Positions 1 through 13,349 of a DNA stretch of 64,000 nt are shown piece after piece. Position 1 is the stretch's first letter, and each line of letters starts with the position of its first letter. The stretch is from positions 5,642,001 to 5,706,000 of the forward strand of contig OZ059896.1 of the NCBI GenBank assembly GCA_964057225.1, written 5' to 3'. Source of the DNA: Auanema rhodensis. Lineage: Eukaryota > Animalia > Nematoda. The notes below the pieces were generated by a model that was given only the letters and a program-made list of their open reading frames with translations, made no database searches and was not told where the DNA came from. A program made the position numbers and the translations under genes.

Positions 1-3000
1 GACAAAAATTTTTTCCAAAAATTTCAAAATAATTTAGCAAAAAGTAGATGTTTTTAGATTGCTTTTTTCAAGGCAAAAACGATGGACAATGTGATTCAAC
101 GAAAAAATTAATTCTTCAGGGTGAAAATCGAGGATATAAGTGTGAACTTATATCAGTTGATATCTCGGTGCATTTTCAAGCTAGCGCAAATCTGATAGTA
201 CAGATCGACGCAGCTTAACAATCCGCATCGAATGCACTATACTACATTGAGAAACGCTTAGTACAAAAATTAGTTATGATCGTTTGAAAAATGATGCATT
301 AGTGTATGTTGAGTTTCCATGTACACTCAAAATTGCTTCCAAAAACATTTTGACAAAACTTTTTTCGAAAAATTTCAAAATAATTTAGCAAAAAGTAGAT
401 GTTTTTAGATTCCTTTTTTCAAGGCAAAAACGATGGACAATGTTATTCAACGAAAAAATTAATTCTTCAGGGTGAAAATCGAGGATATAAGTGTGAACAT
501 ATATCAGTTGATATCTCGGTGCATTTTTAAGCTAGCGCAAATCTGATAACACAGATCGACGCAGCTTAAAAATCCGCATCGAATGCACTAAACTACATTG
601 AGAAAAGCTTAATACAAAAATTAGTTATGATCGTTTGAAAAATGATGCATTAGTGTATGTTGAGTTTCCATGTACACTCAAAATTGCTTCCAAAAACATT
701 TTGACAAAAATTTTTTCGAAAAATTTCAAGATAATTTAGCAAAAAGTAGATGTTTTTAGATTCCTTTTTCAAGGCAAAAACGATGGACAATGTTATTCAA
801 CGAAAAAATTAATTCTTCAGGGTGAAAATCGAGGATATAAGTGTGAACTTATATCAGTTGATATCTCGGTGCATTTTCAAGCTAGCGCAAATCTGATAGT
901 ACAGATCGACGCAGCTTAAAAATCCGCATCGAATGCACTAAACTACATTGAGAAAAGCTTAATACAAAAATTAGTTATGATCGTTTGAAAAATGATGCAT
1001 TAGTGTATGTTGAGTTTCCATGTACACTCAAAATTGCTTCCAAAAACATTTTGACAAAACTTTTTTCGAAAAATTTCAAAATAATTTAGCAAAAAGTAGA
1101 TGTTTCTAGATTCCTTTTTTCAAGGCAAAAACGATGGACAATGTTATTCAACGAAAAAATTAATTCTTCAGGGTGAAAATCGAGGATATAAGTGTGAACT
1201 TATATCAGTTGATATCTCGGTGCATTTTTAAGCTAGCGCAAATCTGATAACACAGATCTACGCAGCTTAAAAATCCGCATCGAATGCACTAAACTACATT
1301 GAGAAAAGCTTAATACAAAAATTAGTTATGATCGTTTGAAAAATGATGCATTAGTGTATGTTGAGTTTCCATGTACACTCAAAATTGCTTCCAAAAACAT
1401 TTTGACAAAACTTTTTTCGAAAAATTTCAAAATAATTTAGCAAAAAGTAGATGTTTCTAGATTCCTTTTTTCAAGGCAAAAACGATGGACAATGTTATTC
1501 AACGAAAAAATTAATTCTTCAGGGTGAAAATCGAAGATATAGGTGTGAACTTATATCAGTTGATATCTCGGTGCATTTTTAAGCTAGCGCAAATCTGATA
1601 ACACAGATCTACGCAGCTTAAAAATCCGCATCGAATGCACTATACTACATTGAGAAACGCTTAGTACAAAAATTAGTTATGATCGTTTGAAAAATGATGC
1701 ATTAGTGTATGTTGAGTTTCCATGTACACTCAAAATTGCTTCCAAAAACATTTTGACAAAAATTTTTTCGAAAAATTTCAAGATAATTTAGCAAAAAGTA
1801 GATGTTTTTAGATTCCTTTTTTCAAGGCAAAAACGATGGACAATGTTATTCAACGAAAAAATTAATTCTTCAGGGTGAAAATCGAGGATATAAGTGTGAA
1901 CTTATATCAGTTGATATCTCGGTGCATTTTCAAGCTAGCGCAAATCTGATAGTACAGATCGACGCAGCTTAAAAATCCGCATCGAATGCACTAAACTACA
2001 TTGAGAAAAGCTTAATACAAAAATTAGTTATGATCGTTTGAAAAATGATGCATTAGTGTATGTTGAGTTTCCATGTACACTCAAAATTGCTTCCAAAAAC
2101 ATTTTGACAAAACTTTTTTCGAAAAATTTCAAAATAATTTAGCAAAAAGTAGATGTTTTTAGATTCCTTTTTTCAAGGCAAAAACGATGGACAATGTTAT
2201 TCAACGAAAAAATTAATTCTTCAGGGTGAAAATCGAGGATATAAGTGTGAACATATATCAGTTGATATCTCGGTGCATTTTCAAGCTAGCGCAAATCTGA
2301 TAGTACAGATCGACGCAGCTTAAAAATCCGCATCGAATGCACTAAACTACATTGAGAAAAGCTTAATACAAAAATTAGTTATGATCGTTTGAAAAATGAT
2401 GCATTAGTGTATGTTGAGTTTCCATGTACACTCAAAATTGCTTCCAAAAACATTTTGACAAAACTTTTTTCGAAAAATTTCAAAATAATTTAGCAAAAAG
2501 TAGATGTTTCTAGATTCCTTTTTTCAAGGCAAAAACGATGGACAATGTTATTCAACGAAAAAATTAATTCTTCAGGGTGAAAATCGAGGATATAAGTGTG
2601 AACTTATATCAGTTGATATCTCGGTGCATTTTTAAGCTAGCGCAAATCTGATAACACAGATCTACGCAGCTTAAAAATCCGCATCGAATGCACTAAACTA
2701 CATTGAGAAAAGCTTAATACAAAAATTAGTTATGATCGTTTGAAAAATGATGCATTAGTGTATGTTGAGTTTCCATGTACACTCAAAATTGCTTCCAAAA
2801 ACATTTTGACAAAACTTTTTTCGAAAAATTTCAAAATAATTTAGCAAAAAGTAGATGTTTCTAGATTCCTTTTTTCAAGGCAAAAACGATGGACAATGTT
2901 ATTCAACGAAAAAATTAATTCTTCAGGGTGAAAATCGAGGATATAAGTGTGAACTTATATCAGTTGATATCTCGGTGCATTTTTAAGCTAGCGCAAATCT

Positions 3001-6000
3001 GATAACACAGATCTACGCAGCTTAAAAATCCGCATCGAATGCACTAAACTACATTGAGAAAAGCTTAATACAAAAATTAGTTATGATCGTTTGAAAAATG
3101 ATGCATTAGTGTATGTTGAGTTTCCATGTACACTCAAAATTGCTTCCAAAAACATTTTGACAAAACTTTTTTCGAAAAATTTCAAAATAATTTAGCAAAA
3201 AGTAGATGTTTTTAGATTCCTTTTTTCAAGGCAAAAACGATGGACAATGTTATTCAACGAAAAAATTAATTCTTCAGGGTGAAAATCGAGGATATAAGTG
3301 TGAACTTATATCAGTTGATATCTCGGTGCATTTTTAAGCTAGCGCAAATCTGATAGTACAGATCGACGCAGCTTAAAAATCCGCATCGAATGCACTAAAC
3401 TACATTGAGAAAAGCTTAATACAAAAATTAGTTATGATCGTTTGAAAAATGATGCATTAGTGTATGTTGAGTTTCCATGTACACTCAAAATTGCTTCCAA
3501 AAACATTTTGACAAAACTTTTTTCGAAAAATTTCAAAATAATTTAGCAAAAAGTAGATGTTTCTAGATTCCTTTTTTCAAGGCAAAAACGATGGACAATG
3601 TTATTCAACGAAAAAATTAATTCTTCAGGGTGAAAATCGAGGATATAAGTGTGAACTTATATCAGTTGATATCTCGGTGCATTTTTAAGCTAGCGCAAAT
3701 CTGATAACACAGATCTACGCAGCTTAAAAATCCGCATCGAATGCACTAAACTACATTGAGAAAAGCTTAATACAAAAATTAGTTATGATCGTTTGAAAAA
3801 TGATGCATTAGTGTATGTTGAGTTTCCATGTACACTCAAAATTGCTTCCAAAAACATTTTGACAAAACTTTTTTCGAAAAATTTCAAAATAATTTAGCAA
3901 AAAGTAGATGTTTCTAGATTCCTTTTTTCAAGGCAAAAACGATGGACAATGTTATTCAACGAAAAAATTAATTCTTCAGGGTGAAAATCGAAGATATAGG
4001 TGTGAACTTATATCAGTTGATATCTCGGTGCATTTTTAAGCTAGCGCAAATCTGATAACACAGATCTACGCAGCTTAAAAATCCGCATCGAATGCACTAT
4101 ACTACATTGAGAAACGCTTAGTACAAAAATTAGTTATGATCGTTTGAAAAATGATGCATTAGTGTATGTTGAGTTTCCATGTACACTCAAAATTGCTTCC
4201 AAAAACATTTTGACAAAACTTTTTTCGAAAAATTTCAAAATAATTTAGCAAAAAGTAGATGTTTCTAGATTCCTTTTTTCAAGGCAAAAACGATGGACAA
4301 TGTTATTCAACGAAAAAATTAATTCTTCAGGGTGAAAATCGAAGATAGAGGTGTGAACTTATATCAGTTGATATCTCGGTGCATTTTTAAGCTAGCGCAA
4401 ATCTGATAACACAGATCGACGCAGCTTAAAAATCCGCATCGAATGCACTATACTACATTGAGAAACGCTTAGTACAAAAATTAGTTATGATCGTTTGAAA
4501 AATGATGCATTAGTGTATGTTGAGTTTCCATGTACACTCAAAATTGCTTCCAAAAACATTTTGACAAAAATTTTTTCGAAAAATTTCAAGATAATTTAGC
4601 AAAAAGTAGATGTTTTTAGATTCCTTTTTTCAAGGCAAAAACGATGGACAATGTTATTCAACGAAAAAATTAATTCTTCAGGGTGAAAATCGAGGATATA
4701 AGTGTGAACATATATCAGTTGATATCTCGGTGCATTTTTAAGCTAGCGCAAATCTGATAACACAGATCGACGCAGCTTAAAAATCCGCATCGAATGCACT
4801 AAACTACATTGAGAAAAGCTTAATACAAAAATTAGTTATGATCGTTTGAAAAATGATGCATTAGTGTATGTTGAGTTTCCATGTACACTCAAAATTGCTT
4901 CCAAAAACATTTTGACAAAAATTTTTTCGAAAAATTTCAAGATAATTTAGCAAAAAGTAGATGTTTTTAGATTCCTTTTTTTCAAGGCAAAAACGATGGA
5001 CAATGTTATTCAACGAAAAAATTAATTCTTCAGGGTGAAAATCGAGGATATAAGTGTGAACTTATATCAGTTGATATCTCGGTGCATTTTCAAGCTAGCG
5101 CAAATCTGATAATACAGATCGACGCAGCTTAAAAATCCGCATCGAATGCACTAAACTACATTGAGAAAAGCTTAATACAAAAATTAGTTATGATCGTTTG
5201 AAAAATGATGCATTAGTGTATGTTGAGTTTCCATGTACACTCAAAATTGCTTCCAAAAACATTTTGACAAAACTTTTTTCGAAAAATTTCAAAATAATTT
5301 AGCAAAAAGTAGATGTTTCTAGATTCCTTTTTTCAAGGCAAAAACGATGGACAATGTTATTCAACGAAAAAATTAATTCTTCAGGGTGAAAATCGAGGAT
5401 ATAAGTGTGAACTTATATCAGTTGATATCTCGGTGCATTTTTAAGCTAGCGCAAATCTGATAACACAGATCTACGCAGCTTAAAAATCCGCATCGAATGC
5501 ACTAAACTACATTGAGAAAAGCTTAATACAAAAATTAGTTATGATCGTTTGAAAAATGATGCATTAGTGTATGTTGAGTTTCCATGTACACTCAAAATTG
5601 CTTCCAAAAACATTTTGACAAAACTTTTTTCGAAAAATTTCAAAATAATTTAGCAAAAAGTAGATGTTTCTAGATTCCTTTTTTCAAGGCAAAAACGATG
5701 GACAATGTTATTCAACGAAAAAATTAATTCTTCAGGGTGAAAATCGAAGATATAGGTGTGAACTTATATCAGTTGATATCTCGGTGCATTTTCAAGCTAG
5801 CGCAAATCTGATAGTACAGATCGACGCAGCTTAAAAATCCGCATCGAATGCACTATACTACATTGAGAAACGCTTAATACAAAAATTAGTTATGATCGTT
5901 TGAAAAATGATGCATTAGTGTATGTTGAGTTTCCATGTACACTCAAAATTGCTTCCAAAAACATTTTGACAAAAATTTTTTCGAAAAATTTCAAAATAAT

Positions 6001-7371
6001 TTAGCAAAAAGTAGATGTTTTTAGATTCCTTTTTTCAAGGCAAAAACGATGGACAATGTTATTCAACGAAAAAATTAATTCTTCAGGGTGAAAATCGAGG
6101 ATATAAGTGTGAACTTATATCAGTTGATATCTCGGTGCATTTTCAAGCTAGCGCAAATCTGATAGTACAGATCGACGCAGCTTAAAAATCCGCATCGAAT
6201 GCACTATACTACATTGAGAAACGCTTAATACAAAAATTAGTTATGATCGTTTGAAAAATGATGCATTAGTGTATGTTGAGTTTCCATGTACACTCAAAAT
6301 TGCTTCCAAAAACATTTTGACAAAAATTTTTTCGAAAAATTTCAAGATAATTTAGCAAAAAGTAGATGTTTTTAGATTCCTTTTTTCAAGGCAAAAACGA
6401 TGGACAATGTTATTCAACGAAAAAATTAATTCTTCAGGGTGAAAATCGAGGATATAAGTGTGAACTTATATCAGTTGATATCTCGGTGCATTTTCAAGCT
6501 AGCGCAAATCTGATAGTACAGATCGACGCAGCTTAAAAATCCGCATCGAATGCACTAAACTACATTGAGAAAAGCTTAATACAAAAATTAGTTATGATCG
6601 TTTGAAAAATGATGCATTAGTGTATGTTGAGTTTCCATGTACACTCAAAATTGCTTCCAAAAACATTTTGACAAAACTTTTTTCGAAAAATTTCAAAATA
6701 ATTTAGCAAAAAGTAGATGTTTCTAGATTCCTTTTTTCAAGGCAAAAACGATGGACAATGTTATTCAACGAAAAAATTAATTCTTCAGGGTGAAAATCGA
6801 GGATATAGGTGTGAACTTATATCAGTTGATATCTCGGTGCATTTTTAAGCTAGCGCAAATCTGATAACACAGATCGACGCAGCTTAAAAATCCGCATCGA
6901 ATGCACTATATTACATTGAGAAAAGCTAAATACAAAAATTAGTTATGATCGTTTGAAAAATGATGCATTAGTGTATGTTGAGTTTCCATGTACACTCAAA
7001 ATTGCTTCCAAAAACATTTTGACAAAAATTTTTTCCAAAAATTTCAAAATAATTTAGCAAAAAGTAGATGTTTTTAGATTGCTTTTTTCAAGGCAAAAAC
7101 GATGGACAATGTAATTCAACGAAAAAAATAATTCTTCAGGGTGAAAATCGAGGATATAAGTGTGAACTTATATCAGTTGATATCTCGGTGCATTTTCAAG
7201 CTAGCGCAAATCTGATAGTACAGATCGACGCAGCTTAAAAATCCGCATCGAATGCACTATATTACATTGAGAAACGCTTAGTACAAAAATTAGTTATGAT
7301 CGTTTGAAAAATGATGCATTAGTGTATGTTGAGTTTCCATGTACACTCAAAATTGCTTCCAAAAACATTTT

Positions 7372-10300
7372 GACAAAAATTTTTTCGAAAAATTTCAAGA
7401 TAATTTAGCAAAAAGTAGATGTTTTTAGATTCCTTTTTTCAAGGCAAAAACGATGGACAATGTTATTCAACGAAAAAATTAATTCTTCAGGGTGAAAATC
7501 GAGGATATAAGTGTGAACATATATCAGTTGATATCTCGGTGCATTTTTAAGCTAGCGCAAATCTGATAACACAGATCGACGCAGCTTAAAAATTCGCATC
7601 GAATGCACTAAACTACATTGAGAAAAGCTTAATACAAAAATTAGTTATGATCGTTTGAAAAATGATGCATTAGTGTATGTTGAGTTTCCATGTACACTCA
7701 AAATTGCTTCCAAAAACATTTTGACAAAAATTTTTTCGAAAAATTTCAAGATAATTTAGCAAAAAGTAGATGTTTTTAGATTCCTTTTTTCAAGGCAAAA
7801 ACGATGGACAATGTTATTCAACGAAAAAATTAATTCTTCAGGGTGAAAATCGAGGATATAAGTGTGAACTTATATCAGTTGATATCTCGGTGCATTTTCA
7901 AGCTAGCGCAAATCTGATAGTACAGATCGACGCAGCTTAAAAATCCGCATCGAATGCACTAAACTACATTGAGAAAAGCTTAATACAAAAATTAGTTATG
8001 ATCGTTTGAAAAATGATGCATTAGTGTATGTTGAGTTTCCATGTACACTCAAAATTGCTTCCAAAAACATTTTGACAAAACTTTTTTCGAAAAATTTCAA
8101 AATAATTTAGCAAAAAGTAGATGTTTCTAGATTCCTTTTTTCAAGGCAAAAACGATGGACAATGTTATTCAACGAAAAAATTAATTCTTCAGGGTGAAAA
8201 TCGAGGATATAGGTGTGAACTTATATCAGTTGATATCTCGGTGCATTTTTAAGCTAGCGCAAATCTGATAACACAGATCTACGCAGCTTAAAAATCCGCA
8301 TCGAATGCACTAAACTACATTGAGAAAAGCTTAATACAAAAATTAGTTATGATCGTTTGAAAAATGATGCATTAGTGTATGTTGAGTTTCCATGTACACT
8401 CAAAATTGCTTCCAAAAACATTTTGACAAAACTTTTTTCGAAAAATTTCAAAATAATTTAGCAAAAAGTAGATGTTTCTAGATTCCTTTTTTCAAGGCAA
8501 AAACGATGGACAATGTTATTCAACGAAAAAATTAATTCTTCAGGGTGAAAATCGAAGATATAGGTGTGAACTTATATCAGTTGATATCTCGGTGCATTTT
8601 CAAGCTAGCGCAAATCTGATAGTACAGATCGACGCAGCTTAAAAATCCGCATCGAATGCACCATACTACATTGAGAAACGCTTAATACAAAAATTAGTTA
8701 TGATCGTTTGAAAAATGATGCATTAGTGTATGTTGAGTTTCCATGTACACTCAAAATTGCTTCCAAAAACATTTTGACAAAAATTTTTTCGAAAAATTTC
8801 AAAATAATTTAGCAAAAAGTAGATGTTTTTAGATTCCTTTTTTCAAGGCAAAAACGATGGACAATGTTATTCAACGAAAAAATTAATTCTTCAGGGTGAA
8901 AATCGAGGATATAAGTGTGAACTTATATCAGTTGATATCTCGGTGCATTTTCAAGCTAGCGCAAATCTGAAAGTACAGATCGACGCAGCTTAAAAATCCG
9001 CATCGAATGCACTATACTACATTGAGAAACGCTTAGTACAAAAATTAGTTATGATCGTTTGAAAAATGATGCATTAGTGTATGTTGAGTTTCCATGTACA
9101 CTCAAAATTGCTTCCAAAAACATTTTGACAAAAATTTTTTCGAAAAATTTCAAGATAATTTAGCAACAAGTAGATGTTTTTAGATTCCTTTTTTCAAGGC
9201 AAAAACGATGGACAATGTTATTCAACGAAAAAATTAATTCTTCAGGGTGAAAATCGAGGATATAGGTGTGAACTTATATCAGTTGATATCTCGGTGCATT
9301 TTCAAGCTAGCGCAAATCTGATAACACAGATCGACGCAGCTTAAAAATCCGCATCGAATGCACTATATTACATTGAGAAACGCTTAGTACAAAAATTAGT
9401 TATGATCGTTTGAAAAATGATGCATTAGTGTATGTTGAGTTTCCATGTACACTCAAAATTGCTTCCAAAAACATTTTGACAAAAATTTTTTCGAAAAATT
9501 TCAAGATAATTTAGCAAAAAGTAGATGTTTTTAGATTCCTTTTTTCAAGGCAAAAACGATGGACAATGTTATTCAACGAAAAAATTAATTCTTCAGGGTG
9601 AAAATCGAGGATATAAGTGTGAACATATATCAGTTGATATCTCGGTGCATTTTTAAGCTAGCGCAAATCTGATAACACAGATCGACGCAGCTTAAAAATT
9701 CGCATCGAATGCACTAAACTACATTGAGAAAAGCTTAATACAAAAATTAGTTATGATCGTTTGAAAAATGATGCATTAGTGTATGTTGAGTTTCCATGTA
9801 CACTCAAAATTGCTTCCAAAAACATTTTGACAAAAATTTTTTCGAAAAATTTCAAGATAATTTAGCAAAAAGTAGATGTTTTTAGATTCCTTTTTTCAAG
9901 GCAAAAACGATGGACAATGTTATTCAACGAAAAAATTAATTCTTCAGGGTGAAAATCGAGGATATAAGTGTGAACTTATATCAGTTGATATCTCGGTGCA
10001 TTTTCAAGCTAGCGCAAATCTGATAGTACAGATCGACGCAGCTTAAAAATCCGCATCGAATGCACTAAACTACATTGAGAAAAGCTTAATACAAAAATTA
10101 GTTATGATCGTTTGAAAAATGATGCATTAGTGTATGTTGAGTTTCCATGTACACTCAAAATTGCTTCCAAAAACATTTTGACAAAACTTTTTTCGAAAAA
10201 TTTCAAAATAATTTAGCAAAAAGTAGATGTTTCTAGATTCCTTTTTTCAAGGCAAAAACGATGGACAATGTTATTCAACGAAAAAATTAATTCTTCAGGG

Positions 10301-11583
10301 TGAAAATCGAGGATATAGGTGTGAACTTATATCAGTTGATATCTCGGTGCATTTTTAAGCTAGCGCAAATCTGATAACACAGATCTACGCAGCTTAAAAA
10401 TCCGCATCGAATGCACTAAACTACATTGAGAAAAGCTTAATACAAAAATTAGTTATGATCGTTTGAAAAATGATGCATTAGTGTATGTTGAGTTTCCATG
10501 TACACTCAAAATTGCTTCCAAAAACATTTTGACAAAACTTTTTTCGAAAAATTTCAAAATAATTTAGCAAAAAGTAGATGTTTCTAGATTCCTTTTTTCA
10601 AGGCAAAAACGATGGACAATGTTATTCAACGAAAAAATTAATTCTTCAGGGTGAAAATCGAAGATATAGGTGTGAACTTATATCAGTTGATATCTCGGTG
10701 CATTTTCAAGCTAGCGCAAATCTGATAGTACAGATCGACGCAGCTTAAAAATCCGCATCGAATGCACCATACTACATTGAGAAACGCTTAATACAAAAAT
10801 TAGTTATGATCGTTTGAAAAATGATGCATTAGTGTATGTTGAGTTTCCATGTACACTCAAAATTGCTTCCAAAAACATTTTGACAAAAATTTTTTCGAAA
10901 AATTTCAAAATAATTTAGCAAAAAGTAGATGTTTTTAGATTCCTTTTTTCAAGGCAAAAACGATGGACAATGTTATTCAACGAAAAAATTAATTCTTCAG
11001 GGTGAAAATCGAGGATATAAGTGTGAACTTATATCAGTTGATATCTCGGTGCATTTTCAAGCTAGCGCAAATCTGAAAGTACAGATCGACGCAGCTTAAA
11101 AATCCGCATCGAATGCACTATACTACATTGAGAAACGCTTAGTACAAAAATTAGTTATGATCGTTTGAAAAATGATGCATTAGTGTATGTTGAGTTTCCA
11201 TGTACACTCAAAATTGCTTCCAAAAACATTTTGACAAAAATTTTTTCGAAAAATTTCAAGATAATTTAGCAACAAGTAGATGTTTTTAGATTCCTTTTTT
11301 CAAGGCAAAAACGATGGACAATGTTATTCAACGAAAAAATTAATTCTTCAGGGTGAAAATCGAGGATATAGGTGTGAACTTATATCAGTTGATATCTCGG
11401 TGCATTTTCAAGCTAGCGCAAATCTGATAACACAGATCGACGCAGCTTAAAAATCCGCATCGAATGCACTATATTACATTGAGAAAAGCTAAATACAAAA
11501 ATTAGTTATGATCGTTTGAAAAATGATGCATTAGTGTATGTTGAGTTTCCATGTACACTCAAAATTGCTTCCAAAAACATTTT
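7372..11583 (+). repeat. Tandem 6-monomer (2,106-bp) higher-order duplication
   Basis: Rare variants AAAAATTCGC, GCACCATAC (8662/10768), CTGAAAGTAC and GCAACAAG each recur at +2106. Confidence 0.88.
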
Positions 11584-12889
11584 GACAAAAATTTTTTCGA
11601 AAAATTTCAAGATAATTTAGCAAAAAGTAGATGTTTTTAGATTCCTTTTTTCAAGGCAAAAACGATGGACAATGTAATTCAACGAAAAAATTAATTCTTC
11701 AGGGTGAAAATCGAGGATATAAGTGTGAACTTATATCAGTTGATATCTCGGTGCATTTTCAAGCTAGCGCAAATCTGATAGTACAGATCGACGCAGCTTA
11801 AAAATCCGCATCGAATGCACTATACTACATTGAGAAACGCTTAGTACAAAAATTAGTTATGATCGTTTGAAAAATGATGCATTAGTGTATGTTGAGTTTC
11901 CATGTACACTCAAAATTGCTTCCAAAAACATTTTGACAAAACTTTTTTCGAAAAATTTCAAGATAATTTAGCAACAAGTAGATGTTTTTAGATTCCTTTT
12001 TTCAAGGCAAAAACGATGGACAATGTTATTCAACGAAAAAATTAATTCTTCAGGGTGAAAATCGAGGATATAGGTGTGAACTTATATCAGTTGATATCTC
12101 GGTGCATTTTTAAGCTAGCGCAAATCTGATAACACAGATCGACGCAGCTTAAAAATCCGCATCGAATGCACTATATTACATTGAGAAAAGCTAAATACAA
12201 AAATTAGTTATGATCGTTTGAAAAATGATGCATTAGTGTATGTTGAGTTTCCATGTACACTCAAAATTGCTTCCAAAAACATTTTGACAAAAATTTTTTC
12301 GAAAAATTTCAAGATAATTTAGCAAAAAGTAGATGTTTTTAGATTCCTTTTTTCAAGGCAAAAACGATGGACAATGTAATTCAACGAAAAAATTAATTCT
12401 TCAGGGTGAAAATCGAGGATATAAGTGTGAACTTATATCAGTTGATATCTCGGTGCATTTTCAAGCTAGCGCAAATCTGATAGTACAGATCGACGCAGCT
12501 TAAAAATCCGCATCGAATGCACTATACTACATTGAGAAACGCTTAGTACAAAAATTAGTTATGATCGTTTGAAAAATGATGCATTAGTGTATGTTGAGTT
12601 TCCATGTACACTCAAAATTGCTTCCAAAAACATTTTGACAAAACTTTTTTCGAAAAATTTCAAGATAATTTAGCAACAAGTAGATGTTTTTAGATTCCTT
12701 TTTTCAAGGCAAAAACGATGGACAATGTTATTCAACGAAAAAATTAATTCTTCAGGGTGAAAATCGAGGATATAGGTGTGAACTTATATCAGTTGATATC
12801 TCGGTGCATTTTTAAGCTAGCGCAAATCTGATAACACAGATCGACGCAGCTTAAAAATCCGCATCGAATGCACTATATTACATTGAGAA

Positions 12890-12893
12890 AAGC
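12890..12893. other. Target-site duplication AAGC, left copy
   Basis: Empty monomers read GAGAAAAGCTAAATAC. Here the sequence is GAGAAAAGC[TG...CA]AAGCTAAATAC. Confidence 0.92.
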
Positions 12894-13292
12894 TGTAATA
12901 TCCTTAAGTTGGATATTAATATTCCATGATTGACCCTTAGATTGATGTGTTGTAAAAGAAACAATAAGATTTGAGGAAGAGAGAAAGATTTATTATAAAT
13001 AAAAAACATTTAAACAATAAACAAATAAAGATAAAGATAAGTCCGCCAACTGAAGATTCAGTTGAATGGCAAGCTTATATAGCGAATGTTATCAGCATTT
13101 TCCACGAAAGGTTATAAGTTGTCAATGACAATTATAACTATCTCGGAAAATGCTGAAGCTGCAAAATATAACTGATAACATAATACACTAAGACAAGAAA
13201 CTAGAATTATAAAATATAAAATATAAAACACAGAATAAAGAAATACATAAAAATTATAGAAAGAATAAAGTACATAATTATAAAGTATAACA
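12894..13292 (-). repeat. 3' LTR (399 bp)
   Basis: Direct repeat of 21873-22271 (offset 8979). Lies 57 nt past the ORF stop codon. Confidence 0.97.
12989..12994 (-). terminator. Putative polyadenylation signal AATAAA in the 3' LTR
   Basis: TTTATT on +, ~60 nt downstream (minus sense) of the predicted start site, consistent with a U3-R-U5 layout. Confidence 0.55.
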
Positions 13293-13305
13293 TGCTACCG
13301 CTCTT
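13293..13305 (-). promoter_or_regulatory. Putative atypical polypurine tract (AAGAGCGGTAGCA)
   Basis: Lies immediately 5' of the 3' LTR on the minus strand. Purine-rich (10/13) but interrupted by pyrimidines. Confidence 0.55.
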
Positions 13306-13349
13306 GAAGTCCTGTGTCCTCACAGGTATGCATAAGGTTTCCAAAATTT

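Larger units (their letters stand above)
1..12893 (+). repeat. 351-bp tandem satellite array, left block (~36.7 monomers; runs off the window start)
   Basis: GACAAAA(A/C)TTTTTTC recurs at 1, 352 ... 7021 (=1+20x351), 7372, 9478 and 12637. Monomers differ at only a small set of recurrent sites plus rare 1-bp homopolymer indels. The ORF track has no ORF here. Confidence 0.99.

Noticed and set aside
13172-13180. CTGATAACA shared between the LTR and the satellite (satellite derived from the LTR?)
   Set aside because: A single 9-mer that matches only one satellite allele, with no extended similarity.
13293-13349. Conventional 3' env ORF or integrase chromodomain
   Set aside because: Only 57 nt separate the stop codon from the LTR, and the integrase ends about 35 aa after GPF.
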